DNA from: Eubacteriales bacterium
GTDB lineage: Bacteria; Bacillota; Clostridia; Oscillospirales; QAKW01
Length of the DNA: 64,000 bases
Assembly (NCBI GenBank): GCA_045545315.1
Contig: JAZQAR010000040.1
Coordinates: 8,027 to 72,026, forward strand
Direction: 5' to 3'
Positions 52,338-61,971 of the stretch are shown in pieces. Numbering within the stretch: the first letter of the stretch is position 1; each line of letters opens with the position of its first letter. The notes under the pieces were generated by a model, which ran no database searches, had not been told where the DNA came from, and saw only the letters and a program-made list of their open reading frames with translations. A program made the position numbers and the translations under genes.

Positions 52338-54206
52338 TTAGCCTTTATTCCATTTTTCCACTGTATCAAAAGCAATCTTCTGCAGAGCCAGCACCATATT
52401 CCCCTCACTGCTCTCCCGGGGTCTTTGGGTAAACCGCCCGTAACAGTCCCCGGAGGAAAAGGCCCTGAAAACGCCCTCTTTGATCCGTGGGCGCAGATCG
52501 GGATGTTCCTCGCCGATACGCACCAATGCCATCACCGCTTGGGAAACAAACTGAAAATAAACCCCCGCAAAATCCTGAACTTCATACCGTGTCGGTTGCA
52601 GATCCTTGCGGGAATACACCGGGCGTTCAATTTCCTTGGGATCACAAATCAGCCGGATCAATTCTTCTGTGATCTCCCGGTCTGCAAGCCGGCCCAGCCA
52701 ATAGATCGCCATCCATCCCCGCAGATTATTATTCTTGCGGCAATCTAAAAGCATTTCTTCATCCCGCTCAACTACCATCTGCCTCAAAACAGCATTTCCT
52801 TCTTCATTCCCCAGAATGGCCAGAGCAAATGCGGCGTGTTTTGAGGTATTTTTATTTTGGTCAGTAACCAGCCTCCGTAAGCAGGGCAATGCGACAGTCC
52901 CCATCCTTTTGACAGACCAGATCGCCCGGCCGGGTTTCAGGGTTTTCAGTTCTGCCTCCAACCCGGCGGGATCGGTGACCCAAATCACCGGCTCCGAGGA
53001 GCGGCTGTCGCCCTTTTTATAAGCGATCCAAACGCCCCGGTTATCCTCTTGCTTCAGGCAACCGCTTTGTTGCAATTTTTTCTTTAATTGCTCATAGGGA
53101 ACCTGACGCAGAGAACTCCCCTTACAAATTGCCAGGGTTGCCCATTCGGCGGCAACCTCGGCTATTTTTTTCATATCCGGAATCATCCGCACACAACTGG
53201 AGATATCCCGATCCACCCCTAAAGCCCGGCAGGGCACTAAAATTCCTTCGAAACCCTTGGGCAGGATCGCCTGATACGGAACCGCCACCGTTACGTTATA
53301 AGCGCCCAGATTGGCGCCGATGGCCCAATCCCCCAGGCGTTCCCCATCAAAGGCCAGATCCCAGCCGTGCTTATCCAGATCCGCATAAGCATAAAATGCA
53401 GGAGTTTCCGTTTGCCGATCGGCAAAGAGATCTTCGATTTCCGCCATTTCCTCGGCGCAGATCCTTCTCCCCTCCCGAAAGCCCATTATCGGCATTTGGG
53501 CAATAACCTCCCTACCCCGGACCCCCTCCTTCATTGGATAGGAGCGGGCAAAGAGAATAGCCTCGGAAAGGGCCCATGGGTCGGTTTGATCCACCCGCCC
53601 GAAATCTGCGTTGGTATAGCCGTATTTTTCGCCGTCAAAGACCATAGAAACTAAAGAATAGGGTTGCATTTGTCCGTCGGTATCTCTGCCCTGTTCCGTT
53701 TTGCACCCTGCCAATACCGCAACGCTTGCCTCGGCAGTGCAATCCATCACCACTTTTGCCCGATAATTCTTTATTCCATCCAGGGACAATGCCCGCACAC
53801 CGATCACACAATTCTCCTGCAGGTACACCCCGCAAACCAGCGTTTCATATAAAAGTTCCGCTCCCTGTTCCAATAGGGCTTGCTCCAACACCAATTTCCG
53901 GCTTTCCGGCTGGGTACAGGTATAGCGGGCAGTAAAATCCAACACCGCCTGATCCAATTCCTCATACCGCCCGCCGGGGCAACCGAAATAATGGTTAGCG
54001 ATCCCGCCGGCGGTGTGGGTACCGCCCGGACAGGTGAAGGCCTCGATCCCCAATACGGAAAGGCCGTTTTCTGCCGAAAGCAGCGCCGCCAGGGACCCGG
54101 CGGTTCCCAAGCCGCAAACAATTACGTCAAACTCTCCCTCAAATTGCAGTTCCGTCACCGAACGAACCGCTTGTTTTCCCTCAATCCATTCAGAAAGAAT
54201 CATCAT
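52338..54206 (-). CDS. FAD-dependent oxidoreductase with a C-terminal helical-repeat (HEAT-like) extension
   Basis: A 622-aa ORF with the dinucleotide fold DVIVCGLGTAGSLAALLSAENGLSVLGIE. The C-terminal roughly 200 aa show HEAT/PBS-lyase-like repeats (HAAFALAILGNEEGNAVLRQMV, WMAIYWLGRLADREITEELIRLI). Confidence 0.7.
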   Translation of the reverse strand: MMILSEWIEGKQAVRSVTELQFEGEFDVIVCGLGTAGSLAALLSAENGLSVLGIEAFTCPGGTHTAGGIANHYFGCPGGRYEELDQAVLDFTARYTCTQPESRKLVLEQALLEQGAELLYETLVCGVYLQENCVIGVRALSLDGIKNYRAKVVMDCTAEASVAVLAGCKTEQGRDTDGQMQPYSLVSMVFDGEKYGYTNADFGRVDQTDPWALSEAILFARSYPMKEGVRGREVIAQMPIMGFREGRRICAEEMAEIEDLFADRQTETPAFYAYADLDKHGWDLAFDGERLGDWAIGANLGAYNVTVAVPYQAILPKGFEGILVPCRALGVDRDISSCVRMIPDMKKIAEVAAEWATLAICKGSSLRQVPYEQLKKKLQQSGCLKQEDNRGVWIAYKKGDSRSSEPVIWVTDPAGLEAELKTLKPGRAIWSVKRMGTVALPCLRRLVTDQNKNTSKHAAFALAILGNEEGNAVLRQMVVERDEEMLLDCRKNNNLRGWMAIYWLGRLADREITEELIRLICDPKEIERPVYSRKDLQPTRYEVQDFAGVYFQFVSQAVMALVRIGEEHPDLRPRIKEGVFRAFSSGDCYGRFTQRPRESSEGNMVLALQKIAFDTVEKWNKG

Positions 54207-54781
54207 TCTCCTACCTCCTCTCCCGCCGAAAAGGCTTCCTCCGGCGTTTGATAACCCTTGGAGGGAAGATAAAGAATTCCGCCCTCGGTTTTGGGATATT
54301 CTTCTTTTACTGTATAATTAAATCCATCGGCCAAACGGATCAACCGTTGCCCTTGCGGAAGTTCCCGGAGCATCTTCCGGACGCACTCTCTTGCTTCCGC
54401 ATACCCGCAGGAAAGGGGAACCGGGCATTGAATGGTCTTTCGTTCCCCCTTACAGTCCATCAGCAGATCATAGGTTTTGGAACCACTCATCGCTTCATTA
54501 CAGCGGGTATCCACCACCCGCTTGGCCTCGTAAGAGCGAAAACCGTCTACCCCATAGGTTTCACACAAAAACCCCCGTTCCGTTTGCTTCACCCGCAGAA
54601 TCCCAACCCCAAAAAGGGTGTGACATTCCTTGAGGTAAACATAAAGCTCCCCATCGTTTTCCCGGCCGAAAAATTCATAACCCGCCTGTTGCCGTTGCTC
54701 TAAAATCAGGCATTTTTCGCCATACCGATGGCCGATCCCTGCGGCGGCATAGGTGGCGCCCAAAACAAGTATTTCGTACAT
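54203..54781 (-). CDS. hypothetical protein with an N-terminal Rossmann-like beta-alpha-beta motif
   Basis: A 192-aa ORF beginning MYEILVLGATYAAAGIGHRYGEKCLILE. Its stop overlaps the start of the FAD oxidoreductase (ATGA). Confidence 0.5.
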   Translation of the reverse strand: MYEILVLGATYAAAGIGHRYGEKCLILEQRQQAGYEFFGRENDGELYVYLKECHTLFGVGILRVKQTERGFLCETYGVDGFRSYEAKRVVDTRCNEAMSGSKTYDLLMDCKGERKTIQCPVPLSCGYAEARECVRKMLRELPQGQRLIRLADGFNYTVKEEYPKTEGGILYLPSKGYQTPEEAFSAGEEVGE

Positions 54782-54911
54782 TGTGCTCTCCTCTAAATAT
54801 CGTTTTCTTGATGATATGGTATCTTAAAATCCCATTATTTTCTACCTTTTTTATGCTTAATTATTTCGATTTCTTGCATTTTAAACAAATCCGTGATATT
54901 CTTTTAATGAG

Positions 54912-55712
54912 GTGAGCAACGTGATCGTTACCAATAAAGATTCCTTTTCCGTGCGATTGATGCAAAAGGAAAAAAATGCTTTGACCGCTCCAAAAGACAC
55001 CTATTATGCCGAATATCGGATCTGCCTGGCGTTGGCAGGGGAGGCAAACTGGGAAATTGAGGATCGCACCTATCGGATCCAACCGGGAGACATCGTCTTT
55101 TTGAATATCGGCCAACGGCGGCAGTTCACTGCCTTTGGAGAAGAAGGGTTTCAACTTTGTATTTTCACCCTGAACCGCAGTGCTTTTTCGGAGCTGCACT
55201 ACTTCACCTTCTTTTTGGATCGAGTCAAACGTCAGCAGAACCTTTTTAAAAACAGCCCCCTTTCCCCCATTCTGTTGGAAGCCTTTAAAGAATGGAACGA
55301 AAATCGCCCCCATTACCGGGAACTGATCTCAGCCAAACTGACAGAGTTTTTCATCAAAGCAGAGCGGGAGGCGGGCTATTCCGCCCCCTTGGACAAAAAC
55401 GGCCTTGATCTGCTGTTACAGATGGATGGAATCGATAAGGATATTGAAGCGGGCTTGCGCCTGCGGGAGATCGCCCAAAAGGCGGGATTGAGCGAAAGCG
55501 CCTTTTCCCGCCGCTTTTCTGCGGTTAACGGTATCTCCTTCAAACAATACAGTATTGAAAAAAAGCTGCAACGGGCCATCCTTCTTCTAAAAACCACCGA
55601 TCTCAAGATGATCGATATCGCCGCCGAAAGCGGTTTTGAGAGCATCAGCGGATTTTATGATGCCTTTAAAAAGAAGACCGGCACCACCCCGAATCAATTT
55701 ATTCAGGAATAG
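54912..55712 (+). CDS. AraC-family transcriptional regulator (2 of 4)
   Basis: C-terminal HTH pair (LREIAQKAGLSESAFSRRFSAVNG...MIDIAAESGFESISGFYDAFKKKTGTTPNQF). It has a GTG start; the GTG at 54921 has better SD (gaggtga) spacing. Confidence 0.88.
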   Translation: MSNVIVTNKDSFSVRLMQKEKNALTAPKDTYYAEYRICLALAGEANWEIEDRTYRIQPGDIVFLNIGQRRQFTAFGEEGFQLCIFTLNRSAFSELHYFTFFLDRVKRQQNLFKNSPLSPILLEAFKEWNENRPHYRELISAKLTEFFIKAEREAGYSAPLDKNGLDLLLQMDGIDKDIEAGLRLREIAQKAGLSESAFSRRFSAVNGISFKQYSIEKKLQRAILLLKTTDLKMIDIAAESGFESISGFYDAFKKKTGTTPNQFIQE

Positions 55713-55713
55713 C

Positions 55714-55744
55714 AAAAAAGCGGAGCATTTGCTCCGCTTTTTTC
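55714..55744. terminator. bidirectional terminator
   Basis: aaaaaagcggagc-attt-gctccgctttttt. Confidence 0.85.
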
Positions 55745-57551
55745 AATCTGTCTCAGCGTGATCGATGGCAATATAGGCCAATAATCCGCCCCAATGATAA
55801 AACCGATCGCTCCTGACAACGTCACAGCCCATACCGTTATCCCCGTTGTAATTTTCGTGGACGTGACCGTGAAGCCGCCATTCCTTCAAAAGAAGGGCCT
55901 CCGATTTCTCAGCAAGCTCCGCACACTCCTTTTTCAAGCCCGCATACTTCATGGCAACGTAGGCCAGGAAATTGGTCGGTGCCCAGATACGCCCCCGCCA
56001 ATAATCCTGTTCCGGATATGCGGGATGGTTTCTTGTGCAGGTCGGCATAATAAACTCTCCCCAGAATTCATCGGGGTTATAGAAATGCTCGTCCATCATC
56101 CGGCGCTTCTGTACTTCCGTTACACAATCGGCATTCAGGGCATAGAAATTCGTCGGCGAAATGCACCGGGAAAAAGAACCGTCGCGAAGGTCTTTATTGA
56201 GAAACATTCCAAAATCATCATCCCACAGCGTCATCAAGGCGCTTTCCACCTTTTCTTTTCTTGCCTGAAGTTCAGCGATAACGCCCGGGTGATCGGTGAT
56301 TTCTGCCAACTCGATCAAACAGCGGCAATCAAGAATATACATCCCCATCAAGCCAACGTCGGCAAGCAACATGATATGCCGTTCCTGATCAAAACCCATA
56401 TCGTCGTACATGGGCGTGTTATCCATTCCGCTTTCAAAAATGGCGCCCTGCAGCACGTTGTGGCGGCCAAACTCTCGGTAGGTTCCAAACTGCGGAACGA
56501 TGGGATTGGAGCCCCAACACATATACCCCTCCTCCGTCATCCGGTTTTCGGAAAACCAGCGGTTCCAATTCAGCAAAACCGAAAACACGTGCTCCGCAAA
56601 CCATTTTTCGGGGTACCGCTTATAGATCTCCAGGCAGGCAAACGCCCCCACCGGCGGTTGCGAATGGTCATATATTTTTTGGTTGAAGGGGCAGGAGTAA
56701 TTGGAGATAAAGCCCTCGTCCGTAACCTCGTCCGTGATCGCAATGGCGTTGAGCTGCGCCAGCTCCTTATCCTCCAAAGAGGCCATAAGCGCCGCAAAAT
56801 AACTGTCCCAATCAAAAAGAATGTACCCGCCGTACTTCAGATTCCAGATCCGGGAAACGGGGGAACAAATACGGTCGTGTTCACATTCATAGATCGTATT
56901 CCACGCCAGGCACGTCTTCATAGCAGTATACGCCTCGGAATGTTCTCCGAAGGCCCGGTTCTTCTCTTCCAGTTTTTGCAGTGCCGTTTCATATAGGTCC
57001 GCCGCTTCTTCCACCGAACACGGACAAGTGGAGACGACGATGGGGGCATCCAGGGTCACGGCGATATAGGGGGATAACGAATGGGTATGCTGATGCTCAA
57101 CGGTCGGGCAGGAGGTATAGATCTCAAAGCGCCGACCGCCGCATTCTCCGTAGATCCTTCCGTCCTTTTTAAAAATACCGCCCTCCTTCCCCCACAGAAG
57201 GCAAGCCTCTATAATAAGTGTTGGGGCTTTGTATTTTCCGATCTCCGTTGGCGTAAGCAAAATGATCTGCTCATCGTTATGCACAACCGTCTTAACGTCC
57301 AATTCCAGGTTGTGATGCTTCACCCTCATATGGGTACAACTGCCGTCATAAGAACGCTTTCCGGGAAAGATCTGCTCATCGTCGGCATCCTGCCGCCCGA
57401 TCAGGCATTCGCGAATGAGCTTTGAGCTGTATTCTCTGATGCAAAGATTTATGGTAAAGCCTTCCGGCAAATGGGAATAGGAAAGAACGTTTAAGGTGTT
57501 CCAGGTATTCCATCCGACGTTTGTTCGCTTCTTCAGTTCGGTATAATCCAT
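55743..57551 (-). CDS. GH63-like / MGH1-like (alpha/alpha)6-barrel glycoside hydrolase, cytoplasmic
   Basis: The ATG at 57551 follows aaaggggga. DYWRGRIWAPTNFLAYVAM resembles the GH63/trehalase-like YWRGPIW block. There is no signal peptide. The family call was made by eye. Confidence 0.6.
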   Translation of the reverse strand: MDYTELKKRTNVGWNTWNTLNVLSYSHLPEGFTINLCIREYSSKLIRECLIGRQDADDEQIFPGKRSYDGSCTHMRVKHHNLELDVKTVVHNDEQIILLTPTEIGKYKAPTLIIEACLLWGKEGGIFKKDGRIYGECGGRRFEIYTSCPTVEHQHTHSLSPYIAVTLDAPIVVSTCPCSVEEAADLYETALQKLEEKNRAFGEHSEAYTAMKTCLAWNTIYECEHDRICSPVSRIWNLKYGGYILFDWDSYFAALMASLEDKELAQLNAIAITDEVTDEGFISNYSCPFNQKIYDHSQPPVGAFACLEIYKRYPEKWFAEHVFSVLLNWNRWFSENRMTEEGYMCWGSNPIVPQFGTYREFGRHNVLQGAIFESGMDNTPMYDDMGFDQERHIMLLADVGLMGMYILDCRCLIELAEITDHPGVIAELQARKEKVESALMTLWDDDFGMFLNKDLRDGSFSRCISPTNFYALNADCVTEVQKRRMMDEHFYNPDEFWGEFIMPTCTRNHPAYPEQDYWRGRIWAPTNFLAYVAMKYAGLKKECAELAEKSEALLLKEWRLHGHVHENYNGDNGMGCDVVRSDRFYHWGGLLAYIAIDHAETD

Positions 57552-57616
57552 TGTGATCCCCCTTTTATTTTTGTCCATTATACTAAAAAGGTCGCTGCTC
57601 CGTCAATGAGAATTTT

Positions 57617-58423
57617 TTAGATGATCTCTGCATCCTTTTTCAGAGTGGTGCCTTTGTTTTTTCGGTAAAGCTTGGCCAGATAATGCGCATCAGAAAAGCC
57701 CACCGCCTCTGCGATCTGCTGCATCCCCATATTGGTGGCATAAAGCCGACGCGCCTCTTCGAACCTGAGCTCGTTGCGATAATCGATGGGCGACATCCCA
57801 ATGCACTTACCAAACTTCTTTCGGAAGTTGCTTTCGCTCATGGCACATTGCTCCGCATAGCTCTTAACAGGCAGATTTTCGGCATAATGATCCCGAATAA
57901 AATGAAGGGCTTGTTTCAAAGATAATAGTTCCTTGGGCTCCATAAAAACCGAGGAGCAAAGGCTATGAAGCAGCTGACCCAAAGCGGTCTTCAGGCTAAA
58001 GAGCGGAATGATGGGATTTTTATACAACTGCTCCAGCAGATAGACCTTCTCGGCGATCCGCAGAGCTTCCGCATTAAAATTGCAGTAAACGTCTTTTTTT
58101 ACGGTGATGAGTTCCCCCGAGGGCTCCACCATATCAAAACAGATCCCGATCCCGCTGACCTTTTTGGTATCGGTGGCCAGGGATATCGTTTTATACTCCG
58201 TTTGATCGGGGATCATCAGGATCGAGCCGCAGGGAACGTGGAGGGTCTTGCCGTTGATCCGATAGATCCGCTCCCCTTCCGTAACAAGATGCAAAATATT
58301 CTTTCTTCTGCCCTTGCCCATATAGTTCACCACGTGTTGATGTTTAAAATCCGTTTGGCAAACAGTGATATTCTGCAAGTCGAAATCGCAATAGATCAGT
58401 TGGGATAAGCTTTTTTCCTGCAT
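57617..58423 (-). CDS. AraC-family transcriptional regulator (3 of 4)
   Basis: The ATG at 58423 follows aaggaggga. C-terminal HTH pair (VKSYAEQCAMSESNFRKKFGKCIGMSP...MQQIAEAVGFSDAHYLAKLYRKNKG). Confidence 0.88.
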   Translation of the reverse strand: MQEKSLSQLIYCDFDLQNITVCQTDFKHQHVVNYMGKGRRKNILHLVTEGERIYRINGKTLHVPCGSILMIPDQTEYKTISLATDTKKVSGIGICFDMVEPSGELITVKKDVYCNFNAEALRIAEKVYLLEQLYKNPIIPLFSLKTALGQLLHSLCSSVFMEPKELLSLKQALHFIRDHYAENLPVKSYAEQCAMSESNFRKKFGKCIGMSPIDYRNELRFEEARRLYATNMGMQQIAEAVGFSDAHYLAKLYRKNKGTTLKKDAEII

Positions 58424-58578
58424 AGGCTCCCTCCTTTTTAATTTGATTATAGCAAGAGCGCAAAAAATGTCAATGAAATTTGATCGAATCATACCCTAAA
58501 ACCGATTGAAACAGGACTTGTGCACGCCCGAAAACTCCACTATACTTAAATAAAAACACGATTTCGGAGGGCTGACCT

Positions 58579-59658
58579 ATGAAAAAAGTTCGTATCGGGT
58601 TGATCGGAACGGGCGGAATCTGCCGGGGCAAGCATATCCCCGGGTATCTTGCGTGTCCCGAATGTGAGATCACAGCGCTTTGCGATATTGACCCCAAAGC
58701 ACTGGAGAAAACCAAGGATAAGTATGATCTGCACCATCTTCCCTGCTTTGAGAACTACAAGGATCTGCTGGACAGCGGACTGGTGGATGCGGTGGATATT
58801 GCCACCAGCAACGACGTGCACGTTAAAATCGCCCTGGACGCTTTGGATGCGGGACTCCCCATCAGCATTGAAAAGCCCATCGGGATGAATATGGAGGAAA
58901 GCCTTAAACTGCTGAAAAAATCCAAGGAAACGGGACTCCCGGTCTTCGTTTGCTTTTCCTGGCGGTATAATAAGTTCCCCCGCTATATGAAACATCTGAT
59001 TGACCAAGGCGAGATCGGCGAGATTTATCACATCTACGTTAAATGCATCAAAGACAGCGGCCTTTGGGCAGGGCGCCGGCTGGAATGGCGGTTCATTGAA
59101 GAAAAAGCAAGTTCCGGCGTGCTTTGCGACCTGGGCTCCCATATGTTCGATGCCATCCGCTTCTTCGGCGAAGAGATCGAATCGGTCTACTGCGACCGGG
59201 GGATCATCATCAAAGAACGTCAAAAAATCGATTCCGTTGAATGGGCGCCGGTTACCACCGACGACTGGAGCAATGCAGTTTGCCGGCTGAAAAGCGGCAG
59301 AGGCGCAACGGTCACCCTCTCCCGCACCGCCATTGCAGAAAAGGACACGATTGAATTCTACGTTTCCGGCGCCAAGGGTGCTTTGCGCTTTTTGTACCAA
59401 GCCGGGGCCTCCGGCCTGACCCTCTGCAAAGGGGAAGACCTGAAGACCTTTTCCTTCCGCCCCGTTGAGATCCCCGAGGATTTCCAAAACCTGAACCAAA
59501 GCCAATCCTTTGTCCATATCCTGCGGGGAATCCCGGACGAATACGCCTCCACCATCGTGGATGGGATCCGAAGCCAGGCCGCCATCGACGGTGCCAAGCT
59601 TTCCTCCCAATGCCAAAAGGCCATCGTGCTGGATGAGCTCCTGAAAGGAGAAGCCTAA
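58579..59658 (+). CDS. Gfo/Idh/MocA-family NAD(P)-dependent oxidoreductase
   Basis: A 359-aa ORF with MKKVRIGLIGTGGICRGKHIP and the EKP motif (PISIEKPIG). Confidence 0.85.
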   Translation: MKKVRIGLIGTGGICRGKHIPGYLACPECEITALCDIDPKALEKTKDKYDLHHLPCFENYKDLLDSGLVDAVDIATSNDVHVKIALDALDAGLPISIEKPIGMNMEESLKLLKKSKETGLPVFVCFSWRYNKFPRYMKHLIDQGEIGEIYHIYVKCIKDSGLWAGRRLEWRFIEEKASSGVLCDLGSHMFDAIRFFGEEIESVYCDRGIIIKERQKIDSVEWAPVTTDDWSNAVCRLKSGRGATVTLSRTAIAEKDTIEFYVSGAKGALRFLYQAGASGLTLCKGEDLKTFSFRPVEIPEDFQNLNQSQSFVHILRGIPDEYASTIVDGIRSQAAIDGAKLSSQCQKAIVLDELLKGEA

Positions 59659-59659
59659 A

Positions 59660-60502
59660 ATGAAATACGGAACTTTAGTCAGAATTCCTGAATTTTGTGA
59701 TCTGAAAGCCACCTGCGAAGAAAAGTTCGCCCTGGTGCAGAAAATGGGGCTGGAATCCTGCCAGTTGGTCTATAAGCCCAAGGTTTATACCGATGAGGCC
59801 GCAGATATCATCCGAGAGACCGCCGCCAAATACGGCATTGAGATCTCGGCGCAGTTTTGCGGCTATTATGACAAAATGTCTGTAAACAACAGTTTCAGCC
59901 ACCGGCTCGTTGGTATCAATTCTCCTTTTTTCGGCGCTTCGCGGATCGAGTATCTCCTTTCCGCCATCCCCTTTTTAAAGCGGTTGGGCATTACCGATAT
60001 GATCATCCACGCCGGACATTTTTCCAACGATCCCTATGCGGAGGATTATATCAATATGCGCTGTGCCGCCGGACTGGTTGCAAAAAAGCTGAAAAAGGAG
60101 GGGCTCAACCTGCTCTTTGAAACCGGAGCAGAAACCCCCATTGCTCTTTTGAGACTGATCCGGGATATCGGGTTGGATAACGTTTTTATCAATCTGGATA
60201 CGGCCAATGTGATCCTTTATGGCAACGGGAACCCGGTGGATGCCCTCTATACCTTCGGCAAATACGTGCGGAACGTTCACGCCAAGGACGGCCTGCCCCC
60301 CACAGACCCCGATAAGCTGGGCGAAGAAGTGCCCATCGGCACCGGCTACGTGGATTTCGAAAAGGTCTTCCGCTCTCTCCACGACCTGGGCTACGATCGG
60401 TTCATCACCATTGAGCGAGAGCTGAAGGAAGGCGACCAAAGCCAAGCCATTATGGAAGCAATGGATTATCTGAAAACCGTCCAAGGGCATTATTACAACT
60501 AA
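59660..60502 (+). CDS. sugar phosphate isomerase/epimerase (xylose-isomerase-like TIM barrel)
   Basis: A 280-aa ORF starting 1 nt after the previous stop. Typical AP-endonuclease-2/TIM-barrel segments are present (MIIHAGH, LLFETGAE, INLDTANVILYG, ITIEREL). Confidence 0.8.
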   Translation: MKYGTLVRIPEFCDLKATCEEKFALVQKMGLESCQLVYKPKVYTDEAADIIRETAAKYGIEISAQFCGYYDKMSVNNSFSHRLVGINSPFFGASRIEYLLSAIPFLKRLGITDMIIHAGHFSNDPYAEDYINMRCAAGLVAKKLKKEGLNLLFETGAETPIALLRLIRDIGLDNVFINLDTANVILYGNGNPVDALYTFGKYVRNVHAKDGLPPTDPDKLGEEVPIGTGYVDFEKVFRSLHDLGYDRFITIERELKEGDQSQAIMEAMDYLKTVQGHYYN

Positions 60503-60535
60503 AAAAATAGCAGACCGTTAGGTCTGCTATTTTTT
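60501..60535. terminator. bidirectional terminator
   Basis: aaaaaaatagcagacc-gtta-ggtctgctattttt. Confidence 0.85.
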
Positions 60536-61826
60536 AATCCATATACTTTTTCTCGTAATCGGGAACCGAGATCACCTGATCGGTCAGGCGGGATTCCTCC
60601 GCCGCAAAGACCATCATATGATTCTTGCAGGAAATACCGATCTCACTGACCTCGTGAGCCTTAAGTTCACCGGTGATATAGCGGTAAAGGGCGTTCACAA
60701 TGCCCGCATCTCCACCGCCGTGGCCGGAAACGATGCTATCCCCGGCAATGGTAATCTGATCCGGCTGCAAAGTCTCCATTTTACGGCTTTCAAAATTATA
60801 GAAGGTGAACTGATCCCCATTATAATTATCCATATTGGCCCAAAGTTCGCCCTTGGTGCCCATAATATGGGTCTTGCGACCGCCCTTGGTAAAGGCGGTC
60901 ATGGTCATATTCACCGTCACGTCCCCCTCAAAGAGCATATTGACGGTCTGGTGATCCACCACGTTATTATTGCATTTAAAAATACACTTGCCGTATTGGG
61001 TGGTCTTCATCGCCTCCAGCACCTGCTCATCGGTAGGATCCGGCACCATGGTAGAAGCATCCCGGAACCACTTGTTTTTCTTATCCTCATAATAGAGTTT
61101 CATTGCGTTGTAATAGCAGGTATCAGCGGCAGGACATCCCTCGATGCATCGCTCCGGGGAACCGGCGGGAGCATTTTCTCTTCTGAAATATTTCAAGGAC
61201 CCGAAGGATTGGATCTTTTGGCAGTTCTTATCCAAAAGCCATTGCAGGATATCCAGATCGTGGCAGCATTTTTGCATCAGCATAAAGGAGCTTTCCTCCG
61301 CATTCCCCCAGTTCCCCCGCACAAAGCTGTGGCTTTGGTGAATATTTCCAACGGCTTCGATATGCTCCACCGAAACCACCTCACCTACTATGCCGCTTTG
61401 GATGATGGACTTTAACTGGTTGAAGAAGGGGGTATAACGAAGGACGTGGCAAACCATAATCTTTCTGCCGCATTTTTGGGCTTGCTTATAGATGGCGGCG
61501 CACTCTTCAGCGGTGGGAGCTACCGGCTTTTCCAACAGCAGATCATAACCCAGTTCCAGCGCTTTCATGGCCGGGGCAAAATGCATCCGATCCATGGTAG
61601 AGATAATGGCAATGTCTGCAAATTTGGGCTCCGCCAGAATCGTTTCCCAGGTATCATAGCACCGGGCGGGCTCCACTCCGTGCTTTTGGCGAATATAATC
61701 CCGCCGTGCTTCGATGGGTTCTGCCACCCCAACCACCTTGAAGCGGTCAGGGAATTCCCCCATAATATCCGTATATCGACTGCCCCGTCCGCCGGCGCCG
61801 ATGACGATCACTTTTAAAGGTTCCAT
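60534..61826 (-). CDS. long-type Gfo/Idh/MocA-family oxidoreductase
   Basis: The ATG at 61826 lies 6 nt after ggaggag. The sequence begins MEPLKVIVIGAGGRGSRY and contains LLEKPVA and VSGHGGGDAGIV near the C-terminus. About 430 aa. Confidence 0.82.
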   Translation of the reverse strand: MEPLKVIVIGAGGRGSRYTDIMGEFPDRFKVVGVAEPIEARRDYIRQKHGVEPARCYDTWETILAEPKFADIAIISTMDRMHFAPAMKALELGYDLLLEKPVAPTAEECAAIYKQAQKCGRKIMVCHVLRYTPFFNQLKSIIQSGIVGEVVSVEHIEAVGNIHQSHSFVRGNWGNAEESSFMLMQKCCHDLDILQWLLDKNCQKIQSFGSLKYFRRENAPAGSPERCIEGCPAADTCYYNAMKLYYEDKKNKWFRDASTMVPDPTDEQVLEAMKTTQYGKCIFKCNNNVVDHQTVNMLFEGDVTVNMTMTAFTKGGRKTHIMGTKGELWANMDNYNGDQFTFYNFESRKMETLQPDQITIAGDSIVSGHGGGDAGIVNALYRYITGELKAHEVSEIGISCKNHMMVFAAEESRLTDQVISVPDYEKKYMD

Positions 61827-61971
61827 CCAAAACTCCTCCATATTTTCAAAGATTTGACTTTTAAAGATCTTTTTGCTAAAATGGATTTATCACATAGATT
61901 TTAACGGTTTTCGGCAAAAAATACTATGGATATTTATATACATAATCTTCGATTTTATATAGGAGTCCGTT

